Assembly: GCA_020048915.1 (NCBI GenBank) | Contig: JAIFLU010000017.1 | Span: 484-64,483 of the forward strand | Source: Bacteroidota bacterium | GTDB taxonomy: Bacteria > Bacteroidota > Bacteroidia > Bacteroidales > JAAUTT01 | Direction of reading: 5' to 3' | DNA: 64,000 nt | Part shown: piece after piece, positions 57,362 to 64,000 of the stretch | How the letters are laid out: every line of letters begins with the position of its first letter | Position numbering within the stretch: position 1 is the first letter of the stretch | The notes under the pieces: generated by a model | The model's input: the letters and a program-made list of their open reading frames with translations, nothing else | Told to the model about the DNA's origin: nothing | The model's database searches: none | Made by a program: the position numbers and the translations under genes

Positions 57362-59632
57362 TTACTCTGACAGCGAAAATGGAAAATCTTGTTTTAATAC
57401 ACCTCTATTCATCTCTGGAGTATTAGACATATCAACGTTTATCACACCGCCTTTCAATAAATCAAAATGATCAAAATAGTTTTTCGTGTAGCGTTTTTTA
57501 TTGAAAACGATATTTTTTATATAAACATTTTTAACCGAATTATTTGCGGAATTAATAACTAAAGTCTTTCCATTTTCAAAATTCAAAGTTGCTTTTTTAA
57601 ATAACGGCGAACCAATTACATACTGATTAGAGCCAGGGCAGACAGGATAAAAACCCAGGGCAGAAAACACATACCAGGCGGAAGTCTGACCATTATCTTC
57701 ATCGCCGCACAAACCATCGGGCTGGTCAGTATATAAACGGTTCATTATATTGCGCACATTAAATTGTGTTTTCCAAGGCTCTCCGGCATAGTTATACAAA
57801 TAGGGCATGTGCTGAACAGGTTGATTTCCATGAGCATATTGCCCCATATCCATCACCTGCATCTCAACCATTTCGTGAATAAGAAAACCATAAGCTGAAT
57901 ATTCAACCGTAGGCGCTGTGGTAAAAACAGAATCAAGTTTCTGGACAAAATCCCTTTTGCCTCCCATTAAATTAATCAAACCATCTATATCGTGAAACAC
58001 ACACCAGGTCCAATGCCATGAACAACCTTCAGAGAAGGAATGCCCCCATGCATCGGGACGAAAAGGAGTTTGAAATTCACCATTTTTAGTCTTACCTCTC
58101 ATAAAATTGATAGTGGTATCAAAAACATTCTTATAATAAAATGCCCTCTTTTTAAAAGTATCAATTTCCGAAGCAGGTCTTTTAAGTTCAGTGGCCAGTC
58201 TATATATGGTAAAATCGGCATAGCTGTATTCAATAGATCGGGATGTGTTTTCGTAGCCGTGAATATCGAGTGGCACAAAACCCAGAGTGTTATAATAATC
58301 AGCACCTAACCTGCCCACTGAAGCAATAGGACCTTCGTTTTCAGTATTCTTCAGTATGGCTTCATATAGCGTGTTAATGTCATATCCACGAATTCCTTTC
58401 AAATAAGAATCGGCAATAATTGCAGCGGAATTTGAACCTACCATGCAATTCTTATGTCCTGGGCTAGCCCATTCAGGTAGCCATCCGCTCTCTTTGTAAG
58501 TATTTACAAGCCCCTCCATAATATGACTGTTCAATTCAGGAAACATGAGGGTAAAGAATGGAAAAACGGCTCTAAAAGTATCCCAAAAACCATTATCGGT
58601 AAACATATATCCATCGCATATTTTACCGTTATAGGGACTGTAATGAACAATTTTATTATTGGCGTCAATTTCATAAAATTTACGTGGAAATAACATGGTT
58701 CTGTAAAGAGCAGTATAGAATGTGCGATTCTCCTGTAATGAACCACCTTCAACCTTTATGCGCGACATAAGAGTGTTCCATTCAGCTTTTCCTTTTTGAC
58801 AAATCTCATCAAAGCTTGAACCGCCTATCTCTCGTTTCAAATTTAACTCGGCTTGTTCTAAACTTATGAAAGAGGAAGCCACTTTCAAATTAATTATTTC
58901 TTTGTTTCGGGTTTTAAATTGTAAAATAGCACCAACATGTTTACCCTTTGCTTCATTTTTATTTTGAAATAATATGCTGTCAATTGATAAGGTTAAATCT
59001 GTAAAATCTTTATCATAATAAATAACAAAATAATTCTTGAAATTATCAGGCACTCCCCCGGTGTTAAACGTATTGTAACCAATAATTTTTCTTTCTTCTG
59101 GAATAACTTTTATGTATGAGTTTTTATCAAACGCGTCCACTATAATGCAAGCCTTATTAGTAGCAGGAAACGTGAACCTGAAACATGCAGCGCGCTCTGT
59201 AGGGGCAATCTCTACAGTGGTATTATAATTTGCTAAATAATTTTTATAATAATAAGGTTTAGCAATTTCAGCTTTATGCGAAAACCACGACTCTCTTTTA
59301 TTCTCATCAAAAACAACTGTATCGGTAGTTGCAAATAAAGAAAAACATCCATAGTCATTAATCCATGGTGAAGGCTGGTGCGTTTGTTTAAATCCTCTGA
59401 TCTTATTTTTTGAATATTGATATTGCCATCCATCTCCCATTTTACCAGTCTGTGGTGTCCAAAAATTCATCCCCCAAGGCATAGCAATTGCCGGATAGGT
59501 ATTCCCATTTGAAAAATCGAATCTGGAATCGGAACCTACCAAAGGATTCACATAATCTACTAAACTTTGAGCGTTTAAATGAAGTGCTATTTGAAATAGA
59601 ACTACTAAAACGAATACTGTTGTTTTTCTCAT
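57362..59632 (-). CDS. GH92 alpha-mannosidase (alpha-1,2-type)
   Basis: GNTYP, PWGMNFWTPQT, HQPSPW, GFWDTFR, PEWASPG, HEMVEM, HGNQP, GDEDNGQTSAW. Confidence 0.95.
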   Translation of the reverse strand: MRKTTVFVLVVLFQIALHLNAQSLVDYVNPLVGSDSRFDFSNGNTYPAIAMPWGMNFWTPQTGKMGDGWQYQYSKNKIRGFKQTHQPSPWINDYGCFSLFATTDTVVFDENKRESWFSHKAEIAKPYYYKNYLANYNTTVEIAPTERAACFRFTFPATNKACIIVDAFDKNSYIKVIPEERKIIGYNTFNTGGVPDNFKNYFVIYYDKDFTDLTLSIDSILFQNKNEAKGKHVGAILQFKTRNKEIINLKVASSFISLEQAELNLKREIGGSSFDEICQKGKAEWNTLMSRIKVEGGSLQENRTFYTALYRTMLFPRKFYEIDANNKIVHYSPYNGKICDGYMFTDNGFWDTFRAVFPFFTLMFPELNSHIMEGLVNTYKESGWLPEWASPGHKNCMVGSNSAAIIADSYLKGIRGYDINTLYEAILKNTENEGPIASVGRLGADYYNTLGFVPLDIHGYENTSRSIEYSYADFTIYRLATELKRPASEIDTFKKRAFYYKNVFDTTINFMRGKTKNGEFQTPFRPDAWGHSFSEGCSWHWTWCVFHDIDGLINLMGGKRDFVQKLDSVFTTAPTVEYSAYGFLIHEMVEMQVMDMGQYAHGNQPVQHMPYLYNYAGEPWKTQFNVRNIMNRLYTDQPDGLCGDEDNGQTSAWYVFSALGFYPVCPGSNQYVIGSPLFKKATLNFENGKTLVINSANNSVKNVYIKNIVFNKKRYTKNYFDHFDLLKGGVINVDMSNTPEMNRGVLKQDFPFSLSE

Positions 59633-59656
59633 TTGATTAAATTTATAGTATTTAAA

Positions 59657-61894
59657 CTATCGGTTTTTTATTATTCCCCAATCAGTTTCAGTTGCTGACA
59701 TTTCAAAAGTCAAAGCCCCACCTTTCATTATCTCCTGGTGTGTAATGCTCGTGCTATTAAATATTTTCCCGTTTAAATAAACCTTTTTAACGTACTTATT
59801 TTTTGCGTCAAAGTTTTTTGTATTCACAATAAATTTGTTTCCATTATCAAGTTTAATCTCTATTGATTTATACTTTGGAGAAGTTAATAAATAATAGTTT
59901 TGACCAGCATTCGGATACAAACCCATCGCATGAAATGCAAACCAAGACGACATGGCACCAGAATCGTCATTTCCGGGAATTCCATCTTTTTGATGCGTAA
60001 ATTTAGAATTAAGTATTTGATCAATTATTAAATTAGATTTATTGGGTTTTCCGATAAAATGGTACAAAACGGGCGTAAAAAAACAAGGCTCATTTGTAAC
60101 ATCGTAATATTTTTTTGCAAAAAAAGTATCCAATCGGTTTTCGAAAGACAAAGCGCCACCACATTTCTCAATCAGTGCAGGTACATCGTGCATAATGTGT
60201 AATGAATATTGATTTGAATTGCCCTCATAAAAAACATCATCCCATCCCCAACCAAATGAATTGGGCGTAAAAATCCTTTTTTCTTTTTCAAATTTATATG
60301 TAACATCAGACCAATATGTTTGATAAGTGCTATCAACCCATTTACCATCAATAGTTTTGGGCCAAATGAATCCTTTTGCATTATTAATAACCGTATCGCG
60401 CCAAATATTTTTCCAATTAGAACTGCGCTGTAAGTATTTGTCAGCAATACTATTTTTACCTAGCCCCTTTGCAACCTTATAAATTGAATAATCGCACAAA
60501 GCATACTCAACCGTACGCGTGCAATGGCGTTCGTGATTATATGAAACATATCCATTATTGTTGTATTCATTCACACCACCACGACCTAGAAAACGGTGAA
60601 AATAACCTGGATCATTTTCAGAACCATCCATCATTGCTTTTAAAGCAAGATTATAATCAATACCCTTTATATCTTTTATAAAAGCATCGGCAATTACCAC
60701 ATCGGCATTAGTGCCACCTTGCGTTAAACCGATACAATTTCCACTACTGGCATCAGGCAAAAATCCATATATTTTATAGCTATCCAGTAACGAATTTATC
60801 ATGCCCGTAACCCTTATTGGCGTAATAATAGTGAGCAAAGGAAACACAGTACGATAGGTATCCCAAATAGCATAAAAATCGTCGTAATAAGCATTATGGG
60901 ATTCAAAAACTGGATTCTCGCCTGTTCTGTCAGACGGTATCAAACAAGAATGATACAGCGTAGTATAGAAAATTTTACGCTTATTTAAATCGCTTTCGTC
61001 AATCTCAATACGACCAAGCAAATCAGACCATTTTTTACGCGCATCCAAAACAACTTGCCCAAAATTCCATTCTGGCAATTCACGCACAAGATTCTGCTTG
61101 GCTTTTGCTGAACTGTTATACGAAATGGCAACTTTTAATTTAACTTCGGCGTTATTCTTAAAACCAAAAGCCGCAATCCCATCTACAACAGTATTTTTAG
61201 AAGAATTATAATCGAACTTAAGCGTAGTACTGCCATTATAAACAGAATCGAATGGAACATCAAAAACAGCATAGAAAAAAACGGTATATGTTTCGCCTTG
61301 ATTCCAGCCTCCTCGCACACGAGTATATCCGCACAATTCCGTTTGCGATAAAATTTCAAGTTCACTACCTACTAAATATTGAGACTCATTACTATTTTCT
61401 TTCCCCAAATGATGATTTAAATCGAAACGAACAAAGGATTTCTCAGAATTCTTGAATTTGTATTTATGAAAAGCTACACTATTCGTAGCAGTAAGTTCGA
61501 GTAATATATTTTTATTTTCAAGCTCGGTGCTATAATAACCAACGCTTACAGCTTCGTTTTGGCGATAAATCTTATAATTAGATGACAGATTGGAACTTAA
61601 TTGAGGACAAACAAGTATGTTTCCATATTTGGGCCCTCCACCGGTACCACTAACATGGGTATGACTAATACCAAACATGCTACTATCTTTCGAGGGGGCA
61701 ACATATCCACTATTAGAATTTAATGAACAATCGGGTCCGGGCTTAACCATTCCGAAAGGAAGTGTTGGGCCTATAAATATATTTCCCTCACCCATACTGC
61801 CAATGAGAGGATCCACATCATTACTGAAATCGTGCTGCGAATATGTTTTTTGAAAACATAGAAAAGATAAAAGCACTAAAACAATATGTCTCAT
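59657..61894 (-). CDS. GH92 alpha-mannosidase
   Basis: PFGMVKPGPD, HVSGTGG, WDTYRT, TQGG, YEG, NEP, PGNDDSGAMSSW. Confidence 0.93.
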   Translation of the reverse strand: MRHIVLVLLSFLCFQKTYSQHDFSNDVDPLIGSMGEGNIFIGPTLPFGMVKPGPDCSLNSNSGYVAPSKDSSMFGISHTHVSGTGGGPKYGNILVCPQLSSNLSSNYKIYRQNEAVSVGYYSTELENKNILLELTATNSVAFHKYKFKNSEKSFVRFDLNHHLGKENSNESQYLVGSELEILSQTELCGYTRVRGGWNQGETYTVFFYAVFDVPFDSVYNGSTTLKFDYNSSKNTVVDGIAAFGFKNNAEVKLKVAISYNSSAKAKQNLVRELPEWNFGQVVLDARKKWSDLLGRIEIDESDLNKRKIFYTTLYHSCLIPSDRTGENPVFESHNAYYDDFYAIWDTYRTVFPLLTIITPIRVTGMINSLLDSYKIYGFLPDASSGNCIGLTQGGTNADVVIADAFIKDIKGIDYNLALKAMMDGSENDPGYFHRFLGRGGVNEYNNNGYVSYNHERHCTRTVEYALCDYSIYKVAKGLGKNSIADKYLQRSSNWKNIWRDTVINNAKGFIWPKTIDGKWVDSTYQTYWSDVTYKFEKEKRIFTPNSFGWGWDDVFYEGNSNQYSLHIMHDVPALIEKCGGALSFENRLDTFFAKKYYDVTNEPCFFTPVLYHFIGKPNKSNLIIDQILNSKFTHQKDGIPGNDDSGAMSSWFAFHAMGLYPNAGQNYYLLTSPKYKSIEIKLDNGNKFIVNTKNFDAKNKYVKKVYLNGKIFNSTSITHQEIMKGGALTFEMSATETDWGIIKNR

Positions 61895-62152
61895 TTTTTA
61901 TATAAGGCTATTAGATTATCTATTAGAATTGACTCTGGTAGGGGTTGCCCATGCAGGAACCGAATAAAGTCCCAAATGGATAAAAATTCCAAATTTGGCA
62001 TCGTTAAACCACTGAGGAGTGGGTCGTTTGAGTAATGATTCCTTTGTTGAAATATAAACATTTGATGGTTGCTGAGAAAATGTTTCATTACACATCAGAA
62101 AAATTATTAGCGTACTCAACCCAATCCTACAATAATTTATAAAAGGCTTCAT
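61891..62152 (-). pseudogene. Truncated third GH29 fucosidase (first ~72 codons) joined to a short tail
   Basis: Signal peptide plus VYISTKESL..PQWFNDAKFGIFIHLGLYSVPAWATPT, then the similarity ends abruptly. An out-of-frame tail ILIDNLIALYKK* overlaps the GH92 start (ATGA). Confidence 0.88.
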
Positions 62153-62175
62153 GTATTTTTCTGTTATTTAGTTAA

Positions 62176-63450
62176 TTACTTCAATTTAAGAATAAACGAC
62201 TGCGTCATCAATGCATAATATTCATTATTGTTACCCACATAATCGCCGGCGAACATGATTGTGCCGGATAATCCGTTGTTGCTCCAACATTTATTGGGAA
62301 TTTGAGGCAAATAACACGTATGCTTGTCGCCACCCCAAGGCTTTTCGTTATAAAATATTTTCCATGGTCCCCAAGGGAACTTACTTTCGTACAACTGCAT
62401 TTCCGATGCCTTGTCCCAGGAACTCCACTCCTGGGGAGTCGGGAATTCTTTATGTGGAACAACATCGCTGTAAATCCCGAGGATATACCGTTTAAGCCCT
62501 TTGTTATATGAAATGGTTGGATGCCCAACATGGCCGGGATCTTTAAATACCGGAAAGCTTTCGTCTTCCTGTTTTGACCATGCAGGAATATTCTTATCGG
62601 AAATAGCGGACAGGAATTGCCATGCGTCCCGATTTAAAATGCTGTCCTTATGGACACGGGCCATAAATACATGATCGCCGGTTTCCCAGCTGCCATCGTT
62701 CGACATGGCATAAACGTAAGGAAACAGCTCATCGGGCACATCGCTGTATCCCGGGCCAAAATTGACGAATGTAAGCCCGGCAAAATTCGGCCCCAGGAAA
62801 CGGGGAGACTGTGCATTAGGAATATTGGTCCACGTTTTACCAAAATCGCTCGATTTAATGATGCCTGCTATGCCATAATTTCTTGAATAACTGCCTGCGA
62901 ACCACATAGCTCTAAGCATTGCAGAATCTTTAACACCGGCATAACAATCATAAAGATCCATCCTGGGTCTGATCGAATCAAAATAAGGCAGGGTCTGTTT
63001 CAAATTCCAATCGTAATCATAAATGGAAACATAAAGTTGCGAGTCCACTGCAATAATACCATCGACATACCTGCTAAGCAATTTGTTGGCGGGCATCATT
63101 TTACGAAATGGGATTTCCATAAAATCGGTAACCGTTTCTACTTTATGTTCGGGGGGAATTCCGGTAACTTTAAGCACATGAGCATAATTTATGGGGCCGC
63201 CAAAGTTTTTACCATCATCATCCAATACATAAATTGCATCATCAATTCCCCATGTCCACCAATGCATGTCCGATCCGGTTCCCGGATATTTGTAAGGTTC
63301 TGACGTCCATTCAAAAGAAGCTATCAGATCGCTCTCGGGATAAGGCATCTTGCGATGGTATTTGCTTTTGTCATTATTCGTTTGAACACAAGCAGTTATA
63401 AGCATGATTGGAATTAGCAAAAACAATGAGTATTTAGTGCTGTTTTTCAT
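62176..63450 (-). CDS. DUF4185-like secreted lipoprotein
   Basis: Lipobox LITAC; GSDMHWWTWGIDD, SNDGSW, GHPTISYN, PWGPW. Paralogue of 3590..4891. Confidence 0.65.
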   Translation of the reverse strand: MKNSTKYSLFLLIPIMLITACVQTNNDKSKYHRKMPYPESDLIASFEWTSEPYKYPGTGSDMHWWTWGIDDAIYVLDDDGKNFGGPINYAHVLKVTGIPPEHKVETVTDFMEIPFRKMMPANKLLSRYVDGIIAVDSQLYVSIYDYDWNLKQTLPYFDSIRPRMDLYDCYAGVKDSAMLRAMWFAGSYSRNYGIAGIIKSSDFGKTWTNIPNAQSPRFLGPNFAGLTFVNFGPGYSDVPDELFPYVYAMSNDGSWETGDHVFMARVHKDSILNRDAWQFLSAISDKNIPAWSKQEDESFPVFKDPGHVGHPTISYNKGLKRYILGIYSDVVPHKEFPTPQEWSSWDKASEMQLYESKFPWGPWKIFYNEKPWGGDKHTCYLPQIPNKCWSNNGLSGTIMFAGDYVGNNNEYYALMTQSFILKLK

Positions 63451-63489
63451 AAAAATCCGCTGTTAATTATAAGAGTTAGTTTAAACCAA

Positions 63490-64000
63490 TTAAAAAGTAA
63501 TTACCACGTCGTTTCCCGTTGAATACTTCAGCTTTAAAACTCCTCCTTTTTCAAGTGCTTTCCATACGTAACCGTCGCTTGAGAGCATGGTAACCGGATT
63601 TAATTTTTTATTAGAAACAAAAACAGACTCAGGTTTCGAAGCAAGACGCAATACTACTTCCGACTGTTTGTCGTATGTTCGGAAAGATATTTTACCAGGC
63701 TCGTATTTTATCTTTTGAACTGTGGAGGTCGATTTAAGAAGATGGTTTCCAACAGGAACCCATTCCGGAACGGCAGCTAAACCTTCCATAAAATGACGGA
63801 TGTAGTCGGTATAACCATCAGAAAACCATATTTCGGCTCCCCAGTTATGCCCTGTCTGAACAACGCCATCAGGCTCAGCCATGTAAGTAGCATGGTTAAA
63901 ATGCCTGTAAGCCTCTTCCTTAAACCAGGGGTCACCCGAATATTCGTACCACATAGCACAAATAGAAGCATACCGCGAAGTATGACTTCCCATGGGCAGA
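63490..64000 (-). CDS. C-terminal part of an uncharacterised 'family X' protein (continues beyond the window)
   Basis: Open frame to the window edge; SHTSRYAS, ATYM, IWFSDGYTDYIRHF and NHLLKSTS match 883..1848. Confidence 0.75.
   Translation of the reverse strand, partial: LPMGSHTSRYASICAMWYEYSGDPWFKEEAYRHFNHATYMAEPDGVVQTGHNWGAEIWFSDGYTDYIRHFMEGLAAVPEWVPVGNHLLKSTSTVQKIKYEPGKISFRTYDKQSEVVLRLASKPESVFVSNKKLNPVTMLSSDGYVWKALEKGGVLKLKYSTGNDVVITF

Noticed and set aside
2446-63303. Numerous 60-230 aa plus-strand and nested alternative-frame ORFs (for example 42183..42839, 43024..43701, 44101..44793)
   Set aside because: They are shadows of well-supported minus-strand genes, have no recognisable motifs, and are longest where GC is high.
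2292-64000. Integron-type cassette array
   Set aside because: No integrase and no recurring attC-like (RYYYAAC...GTTRRRY) palindromes between genes. Most spacers are short AT-rich leaders or overlaps.
1-64000. tRNA, rRNA, prophage or defence genes
   Set aside because: None recognised; identifiable coding sequence leaves no room apart from short spacers.

Overview
The window looks like Bacteroidota DNA (Bacteroidales/Marinilabiliales-like, inferred from the signal peptides, a T9SS C-terminal domain and AT-rich leaders without Shine-Dalgarno sites). It is almost entirely one carbohydrate-active-enzyme island. About 35 intact, tightly packed, minus-strand genes run from beyond 64000 down to about 2290. 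They include GH2 x3, GH3, GH5, GH28 and GH28-like x3, GH29 x2, GH36, GH43, GH78 x3, GH92 x2, GH97, GH106, an esterase, DUF1593, DUF4185-like x2, several unclassified six-hairpin-like proteins, a Tat oxidoreductase, an MFS sugar porter and an isomerase/kinase/MtlD catabolic trio. I recognised no SusC/SusD pair, intact regulator, transposase, integrase, RNA gene or CRISPR array. The most unusual signal lies between the genes. Many spacers are not true intergenic DNA but scars: signal-peptide starts joined to the last 15-40 codons of vanished genes, and orphan 3' ends of paralogues. Two intact genes (GH5 and one GH2) are each bracketed by diverged direct repeats. Together with gene-by-gene GC mosaicism, this suggests an array that gains genes by homology-anchored recombination and loses them by internal deletion. 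Family calls come from motif recognition by eye; no database search was run.
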